DNA of 64,000 nucleotides from Saccostrea echinata (Eukaryota): NCBI RefSeq assembly GCF_033153115.1, contig NW_026889777.1, positions 18,104,001 to 18,168,000 of the forward strand, read 5' to 3'. Shown piece by piece: positions 1 to 14,200 of this stretch (position 1 is its first letter; each line of letters starts with the position of its first letter). The notes under the pieces were generated by a model. It saw only the letters and a program-made list of their open reading frames with translations, ran no database searches and was not told where the DNA came from. The position numbers and the translations under genes were made by a program.

Positions 1-898
1 TGAAAGTTAAAAAGTCTAACACACATTCATGTTTTCGGTCACATTTTGCCTTCGCGTAGCTTCCTCCATGGTTAAATTTTCAAATGTGGAGAACCCTGCT
101 TGGCTATAGTTTTATCTTTTTGGTCTTCCTTCTCTTTACCCACTATGTCCCTTATCTGCCGAGGAAATACGCTATCTATCCCTGCGTTTACCTCATTCCT
201 GTCGGAATTTCCAAGTCGACACTGCACACGTGCAGGTGCTTGATACTGCGCATTCGCTGGTGTTTGATGCAGCGCATCCGCTGGTATTTGATGCAGCGCA
301 TCCGCGGATGAATGATTCATCGGTATCGGTGGCTGTGCATAATCCTTTAAAGCAGTTTCTGAAAACCGCGCATTTAATGACAACCTTGGAATCTCATACT
401 TGTTTTGCACCTGACCCTCATGAGGTAATTCTGCATTTCTCATTTGCGCAGGAGGCCCAATTTGATATTGCGCTTGCGATGGCATTTGCGACTGCACACT
501 CAGTGGAACTTGAAAAGGAGAATGCGCAAGAGTCTCGCTCAACACATGAGCTGGATGCGGATGCGCATTTGACAAAAGCTCGGCGTTCTTCTGTTGGGCA
601 GTGGCGCAATTGCTTCATACTGAGGCGCACTCACAGCATAATCTGTTGTCAAGAGTGATGCATCTGGCCCAGAAGTCAAATTTCGTTGCGCCGTTTTTCT
701 TCTTACTGTCACTCCACCTATGTCTTCTCGGGGCTGATTTCCTTGAGGGCTTTCACGAGCCATTGTTGCAATGCCAGAATCGCGCATTCTATTTGAATCA
801 ACAGGTGTAGATTGCTTCTCTATTTCAAGGCGCAATCGCTCGCAGCTCTTTTCAAGAAAAGATATCTCCTCATTGAGCATTTCTTCCATCCCGCTCAT
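1..898 (-). pseudogene. Degenerate gag-like 5' ORF of an LTR retrotransposon (runs off the window)
   Basis: ORF 898..539 starts about 70 nt downstream of a PBS/LTR and continues after a frameshift into ORF 575..72. It has a coiled-coil-like start then low-complexity P/Q/A repeats; no diagnostic Gag motif is visible. Confidence 0.45.
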
Positions 899-970
899 AA
901 TTTACAAAGCAAATATAATTAAAAAAAAAACTTTAATCAATTTAAAATATTTATTACTTTTATTGTGTGC

Positions 971-993
971 CGAATCCCACCGCGCTGCCACCA
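971..993 (-). promoter_or_regulatory. Primer-binding site complementary to tRNA-Leu 3' end
   Basis: Minus strand TGGTGGCAGCGCGGTGGGATTCG, just after ...GTTACA. Matches the tRNA-Leu 3' end (CGAATCCCACCGCTGCCACCA) with a 2-nt insertion. Confidence 0.7.
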
Positions 994-999
994 AATTTA

Positions 1000-1435
1000 T
1001 GTAACGTTTCCGGGTTCTTTTATGGGATTCGGTTGTTCTATCTGAACAATTTAAGAATTAATCAATTTTCTCAATCATAAATTTAAATTAGAAATATGTA
1101 CACTATCCCTCTCGTTTCTCGGGAGCGCACGCGCCTTCCAAGGACTGAAGCGCATTCGCTTCTTGCCTTCATCCAAACAATGTATAAAGGTACTTTATAT
1201 AAATATATATAACCAACCAAAGTTCCAAAAGTCTAATTCAGGCACGTAAGACTTTATTCAAGGATTCCCTTGCAGTACCTACCACGTTCAGCTCTTCTGT
1301 TCTAGACCGTCTTTACGAGTCAGTCGTCAGCAACAGACTGCTTCAAACAACCCGACTGTCTCCGTATATATACACACTTCAGGTCACGTGACCTGCTGAG
1401 AACCGAAGGGAACAAAGAAACATGAAGTCATCACA
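1000..1435 (-). mobile_element. 5' LTR of LTR retrotransposon (distal boundary uncertain, 1435 or about 1571)
   Basis: Ends GTTACA next to the PBS on the minus strand. Contains a TATA (about 1366-1373) and AATAAA (1253-1258) in minus orientation. Confidence 0.5.
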
Positions 1436-1944
1436 ATGTAACTACCGAGAAACGAAGGGATAATTGATTTTGATTTCAGTTTTGCTTCATTACTGACTAA
1501 TTTTTTCCCATACCTGTACATGGTTCAGACGATAGTGTTGATCTTAAAAAATCAAATTTCCAATTATTACAAATTCCAGGTTTGCATCTCATCAAAATAA
1601 TAAATACATGTACTTTGTAATAATGCTTAAGAGATGTGTAACCTGTGTGTAAAAAAAATCAATATCTATTCACGTAAAAGAGCATGTAAACTAAGATGAA
1701 TCAAAACAAATTTTACAAAAGTACAGAATAAAACATCAAATTGGAAGGAAGGCGCTTGGCACTCCGGTGCTGGATCCATATCTTAGAAGGGTACACATAC
1801 ATATATCATGTGAAAAAGACTAGACTGCCTTGACCTCAACATCGCTGACACGCCATTCCGGGGATGAGGTGGGTGTTGTTGTTCAGGCTTCCATTTTGGG
1901 AATTTTAATCTGTATTAAACTGAAATAAACTAAATCAAATAACA

Positions 1945-2300
1945 TAATTCCCGGCTAGTTTGGTGTTGATGTCAAAGCAACAGTCCTTTGCCATTTGTGT
2001 TGTGGCGTTTTCCTGTGGGCATGGAATTCGTTTTGCCGCACTTCTGATATTCTATATAGAAAATGCGTGACAAGCCGTGTTTTTTTTTTCACCAGTGTAA
2101 GAATAGAGATGTAAGGATTCATCGCAAAATACACACTCTTTCAATCCTTCTGCAACAATTTCAATTCGCCTCCCTGCCTCCCATGAATTTTCGTCCGTGT
2201 AGTGTTTTGCAAGTGCTGGGGCATCTTCCTTCTTCTCTTTGTGTTGTGTTTTTGTTTTAAAAACCAAGTTATTCAAGCTTTCTATGTTTCCTGTTTCACA
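1945..2300 (-). pseudogene. Decayed Mutator-like transposase fragment
   Basis: Broken frames read WEAGRRI..LAEGLKECVFCDESLHL and CGKTNSMPTGKRH..FDINTKLA, which resemble the N-terminus of metazoan Mutator-like transposases. Confidence 0.45.
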
Positions 2301-3674
2301 AACTTTCCTTTATATTCATTGCTAAAAGGTTTTGATGGTTTGTTGATTGTGACGCAATTTTCTTTTTAAAAATGACGTAATTTTTAAATTCCGCCAAAAA
2401 TAAATTGAATGACAATTATATATATATATGCAAAGAATGATGGATTATTGCGTTTTACTTTGATGAACAGAATTAGTTTTAGCCCTTGCATTTTCCAACA
2501 GAAAGAAAACTCTCAATTTAATCATTGATCAATCCTTTATTTTTTATTATAAATAAATAAATATTTTACAGACCACACAAGCTTTACTGTATGTTTCAAT
2601 TTAAACTGTATACTGTGGAAGATATTTTTTGCTTGTTTGTAGTTTGATACGGTAAACGCGGTAGGTTTTCTACGTCGAATCCTATTGTGACGTCAGCAAA
2701 CCCGCGATCTACCTTAAATTTTAATAAAGGAATGACAACCAGATTGCCAATCTCAAATGATGTGTCGCAGATATCCGTTTATTTTCCAGACAGTTAATAT
2801 TATCGCTATTGGCACTACTGCTAATAAATACAGGACCACCAGACAATCGCTTACGTACTTCCCGAATTAATCTTCCTGACTTACAAACTTCTCATTCTCT
2901 TAGATGCAAATTTTACATTCCTCAATTAATTGTGGATTCACGAGCATGTCTCGTCAATTCAAAAATCGTAAAATATGAAAATTTAGTTTATTTGAATGAC
3001 GTGTAATAATAACTAAACTTGCATATTTTTTGCATTAATTATATCAGAATGTGCAATACATGTTTATATCAGTGAAATTGAGAGACAGTATCAATAAAAT
3101 TGTGCACCTTCAAGGCTTACTTAAGCAAGTCTGGCAAAAAGGGCTGATGCAACAACTACTATTGAGATTTTTTCTTATTGTGGTTGATTTGCTTATTGAT
3201 TTTCCTTTCAAATCGGCCAAGGAAGTATATTACGACTTTGGAGACAAATCGGGTTGGTGATTGATGCATTATCCTTGTACACTTAAACTTTATAATAAAA
3301 TTGGTCTCTATGTAAATCAATGGTCGTTTTTCCTTTTTCATTATTTATCTATCTGCACATAATTCACTTTGTGGAGCAATTAATTTCCGATTAGGTCAAA
3401 ATTTATTTTTCTTAACTGTTGTCATAGAATTATAATGCAACGAATTAAGTGTCTCAAAACGTTGCTTTTCGACAAACAGATTTCATTGTCAAATAATAAT
3501 CCTCAAATAATATAAATTTTAAAAGAAAAGCAGGTAATTGACAAATACGAAGTTGTTACAGGGCTTTCAACAATCTCGTTTACAGTTGGCATTTCGCAAA
3601 TTGTATGGTGTTATAATGTTCTTGTTTAGACTGAAATGTTTTGTGCCAAGTGTTGAGTAATTATTTACACTAAT

Positions 3675-4170
3675 TCTAACGACACGTTACTTCGTTTATC
3701 TGACCAATATATAGAGTTCACGGTGGGTGTATCAGGTCAACAGTGGATACTTACTCCTCTTGGGCTACTGATCCCATTTCTAATGTTTCCAGGGTTCCGT
3801 TTTTGTTCCGTTTTGTACACGATTTGTACTGTTTACAAGATTTTTGAGATTGATCACTGCCAATCCGTCACCCTACTCATATAAAAATGCTATTTAAACA
3901 CGTTATTAATGCTGACTGACGTCTTTCATACTAATTGTTAGGCCATTATTTACACTCTGAATTGTCGACGGATTTTTCCGTTATTTAACTTCCCGATCAT
4001 GACAAGGAGCACACGGCGGGTGTGACCGGTCGGCAGGGGATGCTCACTCCTCCATGGCACCTGATCCCACCTCTGATGTTTTGGAGGTCCGTGTTTGCTC
4101 TGCACCTATTTTGTAATGTTTAATGGACTTTTGAGTTTGAATACTGTTCGTTATCTCCATATATTTCATT
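3675..4170 (+). repeat. Two 3'-end fragments of an abundant Penelope-like retroelement
   Basis: CGGCGGGTGTGACCGGTC..GGGGATGCT(C/T)ACTCCTCC..GGCACCTGATCCCACCTCT block. The same block lies next to PLE-type RT sequence at 55400-56680. Confidence 0.6.
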
Positions 4171-6414
4171 TAAATTTAGTGTCTGAAAACTTTCTTAGGG
4201 ATTTCTGATTTTGTGTAAGTTTACTGTATGTGAGGGAAAATTAGATTGGAAAATTAGAATAATTCAGTTATACGGTATGTAGTGGAAAGAGAATTCTTTC
4301 AGTATTCTTTGTTTGTCAGTGCATGTATGTAATTGATTAAAAAAATTATGCACTTACATGTACATGCTTTATTTTTTAACGGTTATATATTGGAAAAGTC
4401 TACTCCTATCATTTGTCTTTCCATTTGAATATTAATGGCTTCGTAATCTTTCATGCAAATAAAATAATATCTAGAGTCCCATTACTGTGGATTCAATTGA
4501 TATCGAGCGAGTTGCTTTCTTGTTGATTTTGTGGGCGACTCTTTTCCTCTAATTAACAATCTCAACATTTAAAGTCATTTGTAACTCAAGATATGGAAGA
4601 AGACGAGTGTTAAAGGTCAATGTATATTTTCCATGAAGTAATTTACACTTCGTTATTACCATATTAGAAGGAAAATGCAAAAAAGTAAATAAAAATGTAA
4701 ACTAATTATCTTATATTACTTTTTATATATTAAAGGCTTACATGTAAAAACTTCCTTTTGAAAATAAAATCGATTTTATTGTTTTTCTTTCAGTATTGAT
4801 GACCTCATCATTTAATGTGTTTCGAAATTACATTCGCATAAAAATAAAGCACCTTAAATTGTTTCAATATTTTAATCAGAGAAATTACGCAGGCATCAAT
4901 GCAAAATTAAATCATGGTCTTAATAGCCAAAGCTATTCAATGAATATAAAATTATCTATTTTGATGTCAAGACCTTCACAATTATATGCCTATTCAACTA
5001 AATATCAACTACCATAACACTTCAAAGAACGAGGGCGATTTAGATTGGCATTCGGCAGGAATCTGGGCGCACTTGAAGAGTGAAAATTTCATTGATCTGT
5101 CACATGGAATTTTAGCTTTCTTTTGATGTATCGGGTTCCTGTGAAGTAGGAAAGGGAAATATTTTCCCGATATTGTATTTTGATTTGCTTAAAAAGAACT
5201 TGAAAGTTGGCTAGATGAGTCATTTGTTACAAAATGTTACAATTTTAAACACGTTTTTCTAAAAATTTGTTATCTCTGGGTCATCTCTCCATGATTTTGA
5301 AACGTTATTTGTGACACGTGCATTTTAATTCAAAGAAACTAACAAACATTTGTAAAAAATGGAGAGAAGACCCAGAGACGATAAAAAATGAACTTTTTCC
5401 AAAAAAAAAATTCCAATGTGTAAATGCGTTGCTTCATTGTCGCTTTAAAAACCCGTAGCGGTAATAGCTCTGTAGTATGCGTTACCCGTCCAGTGCAACG
5501 AAAAAGAAATATTTTTGGTTCGATCCTCGCATGGAGCGTTAATATATTTTTTTTTAAGTACAAACAATCAATTCTTTTGTCAGTTTAATTTTATGAACTG
5601 ATTTATTTCCAAATAGATAAATTCTGGTTCTGTTGCACCGAAAGCGAAAGCAATTCTTCCAACCTACTGATACTTTGATATATACAAGTATGTACGTGTA
5701 ATTGCATGTAACTATACCCTATAGGTGTTTATTATTTATGTGAAGCGTTACTAAGTTTTAGATGTAGTAATTATTAAGATAAGCGGACTGATATATTAAA
5801 TTTGGCAAAGTATTTCAAACTAAATGTAACATTTTCCCATGTGCATAACTTTGTAAAGTATGTCCAGCTGTGGTCAACCGACCAAATCGTAGACATTTAA
5901 ACTATAAATGTTTCGTACGCCGTATTCCTGCAGATCACACGCCAAACACGTCGATCCATCTTCTTTGAAATTGCTTAAAATGTTATTATAACCATTCAGT
6001 TCCTTTATTAGTGGTTTTCTTGGAAAATGACATTGAGAAATCCAAGAAAAAATCTCGTTCACAAGGTCGGAAGAAAATATGAAGTAGCATTATCTGAAAT
6101 CACGAAATGTCAGCATCGATATAAAGCTTTTTATTGCAGGAATGCAATCTCATCACGTCATTACAAGACTGACAAAGAGTAAAAGCCTTTTTGGAGGTAC
6201 AAATAAATATTCCAAGGCTATTAAGAAATAAGACTGCAAAAAGAAAAAGAAATTCCACTTTTGATGAATTCATGTTTAGCGAAACATTCTTGTGGAGTAC
6301 AGGTTTCTTTACAATCGATTATGATTTTAATAATACTCGTGTGGAAGATTGATTATTTTTTAATTTAAATGAATGGTTATGAATTTTTCACCACTTTTGT
6401 TTCAATAATACATA

Positions 6415-6880
6415 AGTGAAAAAACAACAGTGATCAATCTCATAAATCTACTGAAGAGGACGAATCGTGAATAAAAAACGGACCTCTGGAAACAACAGAG
6501 GGTGGACCAGGTGCCTTGGAGTTAGCATTGGTCAACCCGCCATAAGCTCTCTATATTGATCAGGTAAAGGTTGTAATCCATAGTCGAAATGGAATAAAAA
6601 CAATTGTCAATCCATTGATAGGAAATAGTCAGTCACAAAACAATCCAATAGTAGGATGTATTTGCAATGGTCATTATGACAACCATAGAATTTGCTGATT
6701 TTAACCGAGATATTTTAAAACCTTGTACCATCAACTAATTTGTCAGTAGCCTGTTTCTGTCTACAAATTGATCGTACTTAGAACATCCTTTTGAGTATCC
6801 AGTCAGTTGGGAGACAAACACAATATGTAGGTAATTGTGCAATAATGCTAAAGACATGCATAGGAAATACAGAGGATTGA
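6415..6880 (-). repeat. Diverged Penelope-like element 3' fragment
   Basis: Reverse-orientation, degenerate copy of the same block (acagtgatcaatctcata..cggacctctgga..ccaggtgcc). Confidence 0.45.
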
Positions 6881-6996
6881 ACAAAATTATTTTAATTTAT
6901 TATCAAAAGCAAACAAAATGAAATAATACATGTTTAATTTCCAAGGAACTTTTTAGCTTTTGCAAAACTGCAAAATCTTTTTTAATTGCCAATTGA

Positions 6997-7030
<34 letters not shown>

Positions 7031-7321
7031 TGGACAAATTTGCTAACGCACCACCTAAATAAATTAACATTTTTTCTTTTCAAAACTTGTTTATGATGTT
7101 TTTGATGTATAATTATTTTACTTTAATAAAAAATGAGACATTTAAATGTTTTAACTGATAAATACAGCAATGTTTACTGAAGCGTAACCACTTCATAGAA
7201 AAAAATAAAATCATATCCATACTTTTTTGTTGGAATAAATTTCTATTTTTTTCTTTGTGGTGGTGTTCTTTATATTTATACTAATTAAAACTCAGAAAAA
7301 AAGTTACACCGTATGCGGCGT

Positions 7322-7850
7322 TTGACTCTAGAAGAGCCTGCTAAGGCAGCCAGTGTGGTATCTGCAGGGTGTTCCTTTGAAGAAATTTGTGAAAAATTAA
7401 AACAATTCAAAGATTATGCATTTCTCTGGTGAAAAATTGTTGAAAATGAATTAACGATTATAAAAATGTTTACAATAGATATGGAGGCATTAAATAAGCA
7501 GCACACAATAACTTCAAGATTGTTCCACAAAATTGGGGCAACCGGAAGTTGGGTGGAATTGGTAGGGACACCAAGGCACTGGATGACTTCTAATCAATAT
7601 GGTAGTCAATCAGGCTATATCATTTGATTTTTAAGTGGGAGACTGCTCCCGTCGCAACGTCACGGACCACCATCGGTAATCACCAACTTCATATCTTGGC
7701 AAAAACGTGACATTGGTTTTTGGACAAGATGGTCCTTTAAGGGTCTTGACATGACACCAAGACATTTGTCAATCCAATTGTTTTGGAAAAGATGACAAAT
7801 TTTATATACTAGTACCAATCAGGATAATGATCAATTCACAAATAAGAATA
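7322..7850 (+). pseudogene. Possible decayed actinoporin/tereporin-like pore-forming protein gene
   Basis: Broken frames give AKAASVVSAGCSF..KIVEN..HKIGATGSW..AISFDF, in the order expected for molluscan actinoporin-like proteins. Several stops and frameshifts. Confidence 0.3.
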
Positions 7851-8411
7851 ATAAGTGGTGCATTAGCAATTTTGTCTAGTGTATATAACGTTTTTTTTTT
7901 TGTATTCTCTTTCAATTAAATAACTTGCTAATTAAATTGAATACAAGGATTTCTTGATTTAACACAATTTAGCAAAGGGGCGTAACTCTTAATTGCTTCA
8001 CTTATTCCAATTTTATACTCTGTTTGTCTTCTAGATACCCAGGAGAAGAGAAAAGACATATCTACTTATATTCATAAAAATAACATTTATATTATTGCAT
8101 TTAGTCTGTTTGCTTAATACTCAGGGGCAGAGAAGACTGTCAAGGTATAACTATAATTTTGCTATCTACCCTGTCCAAATACCAGAACCACTGACCCAAA
8201 CATTGATTTATTTTCAGTTGTATTAAATAAGCCCCTCCCCCGGAACTCTTGACCCTGAAGCCACATCTTTCACAATTTTGGAAGAGACATGTTTCCTTCT
8301 CATAACTATCGTCGTTTACTAATTATTAAATTATTAGAAATCCAAATAATCAGTACACGATAATTGTTGTGCACTCATTATTTGAATTTTTAATAATTCA
8401 ATAATTAGTAA

Positions 8412-10103
8412 AAGACTTTATTGTTTATTTTTGACCAAAGGAGCCTTGTGGCTCATAGGTACACAAAATATATGCAATACAGGTAAATGACAGAGGATTC
8501 AAAATGAACTACAATATATAAATGTACGGGTATAAAGAGTTTGTAACAAAGATAGAATCTAACTAACTGAAATTTGAAACATCATTGATATTTGACAAAT
8601 TAATGTTTCCCTTTGTTTTGTAGCTTTCAATAAATATTGTCAAAGTTTCTGAATAGTTTTAAAATTATATGCACTGAAAAGTTGAATGAGTTTGAAAAAG
8701 GAAGGCTTTTTATGGTAATAAGGCTTAATATACTTTTTACGTAAATCAGAAAATACCGGGCATATCAAAACGAAGTGAAATTCATCTTCAACTTCTTTCC
8801 TCTTACAAAATAAACATTTGCGGTCATTTCAGGGTAGGTTTTTATACCTTCCATTTTCATTCAACTACACTTAACCAGTTTGTACAATTTTCCTGTTGTT
8901 CTTCATACTCACATAACAGTTGTTTATAACATGTCTGCAGAATGCAATTATTTGTATTAAGCAAATTAAACCCATTGATCTGTATAAAACTTCAATGTAT
9001 CAAGCATTTTTCTGCAGGCCCTGAGCACATTCCAAGAAAAAAAAACAGTATCATCCGCATATAGAAGTAAAAAAAGATTCGAATTTTGAAATTGAACACT
9101 TTCACAACCATTTGTGAGCATTTCTATCTCTAAATCATCAATAAATAATGAAAATAACATTGGCTAGAGAGAGCTTCACCTTGCATTAGACCTCTTTGTA
9201 AAGAAAAATATTCAGACAATTGACCATTAACTTTCACACAGCTTTTCAAGCCACTGTACATAGACTTATTAATATTAAATAATTTTCCGTTGATACCGTA
9301 TTTCATTAGTTTATACCACATTTTATTATGCTGAATGCTGTCAAACGCTTTTTTATAATCTACAAAGCAACAATACAAACGTTCCTTTTCACTCAAAGTC
9401 TAAGCAATTAATGAATACAATACAAAAATAGCATCCCTAGTCCCGGAACCGGGCTTAAAACCAAATTGTGCATCAATCACTTCACTGTTTTCCTCATTCC
9501 ATGACAACAAACGTTTATTCAAGATAGATGTGAATAGTTTTGATAGATGACATTATAAAGTTATCCCCCGATAATTGTATGGGTTATTTTTATCACCCTT
9601 TTTGTAAATTGGCAAAATAATGCTTTGTGACCAAACAGATCTGTAACAACCTGATTTTAATATAAAATTAAACAACTTTCCCAAATGAGGCGAAAAAACT
9701 GTAGAAAAGCTTTTGAAAAATTCATTAATAATACTATCAAAACCTGGCGACTTATCTGCCTTTGAATCAGAAATAGCACTAACAATTTCATCAATTGTAA
9801 TCGGAATGTCAAGCTCGTGGAAAGTCGGCGATTCGGGTATTTCAAATAAGGCTGCCTCCTGGTCTGCTTTATCACTCGCGAGTTTTTTGAAATGTTCATA
9901 AAATTCACTTTTCGTTAGAGTTGTGTCAACTTTATTTTTCGGACCTTTGAAAACGCGGTAAAATCTTTTTGCGTTGAATAAGCGGAGCAACTCTAGTTGA
10001 TTTCCCTAGAGTCTTTGATATGGTCGTTTAAGTCGATTTTCCACTGTTTTATATTTCTTTTTAGCAGTAACAAATTTTTTATGATTTTCTCGTGTTCTAG
10101 ATA
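8412..10103 (-). pseudogene. LINE (RTE-X/CR1-type) ORF2 3' part: RT and C-terminal Cys/His region, decayed
   Basis: KSPGFDSIINEFFK, NYRGITL, FVDYKKAFDS, QGEALS, LLYADD and CLFCKRKEVEDEFHFVLICP are present with stops and frameshifts. AATAAA-rich 3' tail near 8412-8430. Confidence 0.85.
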
Positions 10104-10108
10104 CGTTG

Positions 10109-10940
10109 TGTCACAGAGTGGCTTGCGGCTTCCCAAAATCACAATACAATTTTGATAAAATAGTTTTTATTTACAATATTTACAAACACACGCGTTTTCT
10201 ATATGGCTCAATGGCTCAATGGCTTATTGGCATAATGGGACCTATAATATAAATCAAAGTTAGCTACAGATATAATATACTTAATATACTTTGCTTATAC
10301 TCGTACATTTTCCTGTACATTCACTAAGGTACATTTTACTGCATTATACATAAAGTTGCATTTTACTGCACTGTACATATACTTCATTACTTCAATTTAC
10401 TTTACAGAACTTTTACGTTCAGACATAGACAAGTGTACTACTTCTAGACAATAACTTTACTTTAAGACGAATACTATACGCCATAATTTGTACACACAAC
10501 ACTATGTCTACATTATACTTATACTTTTACTTATAATATATATACATTACATGAGCAAACACTACTTTGAATCTAACTTACGAATGAAAATATAGAGCAA
10601 AGTTCTGTGGTGATTTTAGGAATAAAACCGTCAATAAACCATTTAACTAATAATAATAAATAAAATAGACTTACTCAGAATAGGTGGATCTCTGGTCATT
10701 AAATATTAAGCAAACATATGAACATATATGGAATAACCTTGAGCTGTCTTACACACGACTGCTCTGGTCAATTGCTACGCCCAATCTGATTTCTGAATAG
10801 CACAGGATTTAAATCGCCGAGTAAAACCTGCTGAACAAGCTTATAAGTATGGAGAACATACTGGGCAATAAATATTAGTTATACATGTACAGTTATCTGA
10901 TAAAAATATATGGAAACAATTATGGGCATGAATTGTGACA
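10109..10940. mobile_element. Solo LTR with 5-bp TSD CGTTG
   Basis: TGTCACA...TGTGACA termini. CGTTG at 10104-10108 and, once the Polinton is removed, at 32349-32353. Removing it restores the LINE reading frame. Confidence 0.8.
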
Positions 10941-10944
10941 CGTT

Positions 10945-11028
10945 AGTAGTATAAGAAGCCTAGATAGGCGGGTCAACTGAGTGCACTTTTGGGCCCCTGG
11001 GGGGACGGGCGGGTCAACTCAGTGCACC
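10945..11028 (+). repeat. Left TIR of Polinton
   Basis: AGTAGTATAAGAAGCCTAGATAGGCGGGTCAACTGAGTGCACTTTTGGGCCC... is the reverse complement of 32264-32346. Contains an internal ~41-bp GGGTCAACTnAGTGCAC repeat. Confidence 0.95.
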
Positions 11029-11247
11029 CCCGGGGTCAAGGTCAGAGATCTGGAAAAACCCGCACGCGCGCTCAGCACGTTCTGAGATCTGGAAATTCCT
11101 GAGATGTGAGATGTGAGATCTGGAAAAACCTGCACGCGCTCAGCACTCACCTGGAAAAACCTAGCCATTATGACGTCATACAGTGTATAAGTATTGCATG
11201 TGTCTGACTTGAAGCTCATTCTGTTCTCAGTTCCATCACCTGTCGAC

Positions 11248-14200
11248 ATGGATTCTGCTATGAAAAAACTGTTACATGCCCAGCAACTGATGAGATGGAG
11301 AAGACGGGCGAAAGAGTTAGAAAGAATTATTTACAACAATAAACACAGAGAATTAGCGCTCAGAAAAAGAAATGCCAGAATATTAGATAGAATGCAGAGA
11401 GCCCAAGTCCAACAAGAACAACAAAGGACTGTGTCGGATGAAGAACCACACTCATCAGCCCATTCACCACCCCGGAAGCCAAAGGCCATTTCCCAATATT
11501 ATCAATTTAGACTGAAACAAGCCAAGCATTCCAGAAAATTTAAAGCGCATGAAGATGTCTACAGTGTGAATTTTAAGGAATTTCCAGAGGAGGAAAACAG
11601 AGGCTTTGTTCGGCGATTATTTAGAGACATGCTGCAAGATGTCAAATATCAAATGCAGTGTAATCCTAACGATTACCTACGCCTGAACATACGCCATCCT
11701 TCTCTGGATTCCGACATTTGGTACGAGTTTACGCAATGTAAACATTTGAACGAGGACGTCATTTTAGACAAAATAGAAGCCGTGCAACAATCCAAGAAAG
11801 ATTTTAAACTGGGAGACGGGGCCATGGAATTCGACATGTTTCGGGTCAAGTATCCGGAAGGGAGTGGTGGAGACAAAACCAAACATCTGATGTTGAATAA
11901 GGAGAGTTTTAAGAAGGGAAAAAGAAGTATCGTTCAGATCGACAATCCTTGGGATAAGTTTTGTTTAGCTCGAGCCATCGTAGTCACCCGGTTATACAGT
12001 GAAAAACCTGAACATCCAGAGAGTTTAATTGAATGGGAAAAGCGATGGATACGTATGCGGAAAGGAGATGTAAGAGCTAATGACCAGAAAAACGAAGCCC
12101 TAGCTCTCATGGAACAAGCCGGGTGTGATATCCATCGGCCTTGTGGACCCGAAGAAAGGGGGAAATTACAACAAGTGTTAGCCCCATGCTATCGACTGAA
12201 AATATTCCAGTTCAAGTCCACCTCCTCTAAACTCACCTTAGAACCCATTTACAAAGGATACGGAGATGGAACTTGTTTGAATGTCCTGTTAAACGACCAT
12301 CATTACGATGCCATCATATCTATGCCAGGTGTGACGGGCAATCAATACTACTGTGATCATTGCGACGTGGGCTACAGAAACATCACAGACCATCGTACCC
12401 AGTGTCCTCACCGATGTTCCTTTTGTTTAACCGACACGCCCTGCCCTCCAGACGGGAGCCGCATTCAATGTAGCCAGTGCCAGGGAGTTTTTCAGAGTAG
12501 GACTTGCTACCAAAATCATCTACGGCCTCACAGTAACAATACGGCCACCACGGTATGCAGTTTAATGGGGCGATGTGACCATTGTCAGAAATGGATGTCT
12601 AAAAGATTACTCCCTCATCATCATTGCGGAGGACAGAAACAATGTAATATCTGTAAGAAAACCGTAGACACGGATCATCAGTGCTACGTTCAACTCAAGC
12701 CCGAGAAAAAGAAAAAGAAGGGCAAAGAGACCTTACAGTTCTACATCTATTTCGATTTCGAATGTACGCAGGAAACCGGCATCCACGTCCCTAACCTGTG
12801 TGTGGCACACCGCGTATGTCAACATTGCGGTCACTTACCCATAGAAGATCCCTGTCCTCACTGTCGACACATGGGACCCCGTCAACACCTGTTCCGAGGG
12901 CCAGAGACCTTAAGGCAGTTCATGGACTGGTTATTACAACCCACTACAGGAAATAAGAATTCCGCCTTATTACACGACGAGGCCATCATCATCGCCCACA
13001 ATTTCAAAGGATACGACGGACAGTTCATTTTAAATTACCTGGTTCATTCCGCCTGCCTGAAACCTACCGTCATCATGAACGGCAGTAAAATCTTATCCAT
13101 GCAAATCTGCGGACTGAAATTCATCGATTCCTATAATTTTTTACCTTTTGCCCTGTCCAAGATGCCCTCTGCTTTCGGATTCACTGAACTGAAGAAAGGG
13201 TATTTCCCTCACTTTTTTAATACGGAACAGAACCAGAATTACGTGGGGCCTTATCCACCGGCAGCTTACTACAATCCCGACGACATGTCTATAAGTGGAC
13301 GACAGGCTTTTTACCGATGGTACGAACAACAAGCCGGAAAAGTGTTTGACTTCCAGAAGGAATTTTTAGAGTACTGTGTCTCGGACGTCGATATTTTACG
13401 ACGATGCTGTGCTCAGTTTAGAGCCACCCTCAAGAGCTTGGTCCATGTAGACCCCTTCAAGGAATCCATCACTTTTGCCAGTGCGGCCAATTTAGCCTAC
13501 CGTCGAGGATTCATGCCCAAAGAGACCATTGCCATCATTCCCAACCTGGGGTATCAGCCTGCGCGTCGATATTCCGCCAAAGCCTGTCGGTGGTTAAGCT
13601 GGATGAGTCACCAGACCGGATCTCACATCCAACATGCTAGAAACGGGGGAGAAGTCAAGATCGGAAGTTATACCGTCGACGGATACCAGGAAGCCACTCG
13701 CACCGTCTACGAATTTTACGGATGCTATTGGCACGGATGCCCCACCTGCTATCCGAATTTACAGACCAAAAGTCATCCTCACCGGACCCAATTTACCTAT
13801 GAACAATTACACGAGGAAACTTTAAGACGGAGTTCTGTTTTAGAGGAAATGGGGTACTCCCTCCGTAGCATCTGGGAGCACGAATTCGATCAACAGGTAC
13901 AAAGAGAGGTAACTCTACAGAATTATGTACGAGACCTGGACATTCCAGATCCTTTGAACCCCCGAGACGCCCTGTACGGAGGTCGGACTAATGCCACTAA
14001 ATTATATTGTGAGGAGGGGGACATGAGATACGTGGACGTCTGTTCCTTATACCCTTACGTATTAAAACACAGACCTTTCCCCCTAGGCCATCCTCAGATC
14101 ATAACAGACCAATTCCAGGACATGAGAACTTATTTCGGCCTCATTCACTGTCGGGTCCTACCACCCCGAGGCCTCTATCACCCCGTTTTACCTTATCGCA

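Noticed and set aside
11019-11249. ORF sharing FPDLTSHISGISRSQNVLSA with the 31074 ORF extension
   Set aside because: Both are translations of the duplicated non-coding promoter block. The likely CCHC gene start is ATG 31284, after the TATA.
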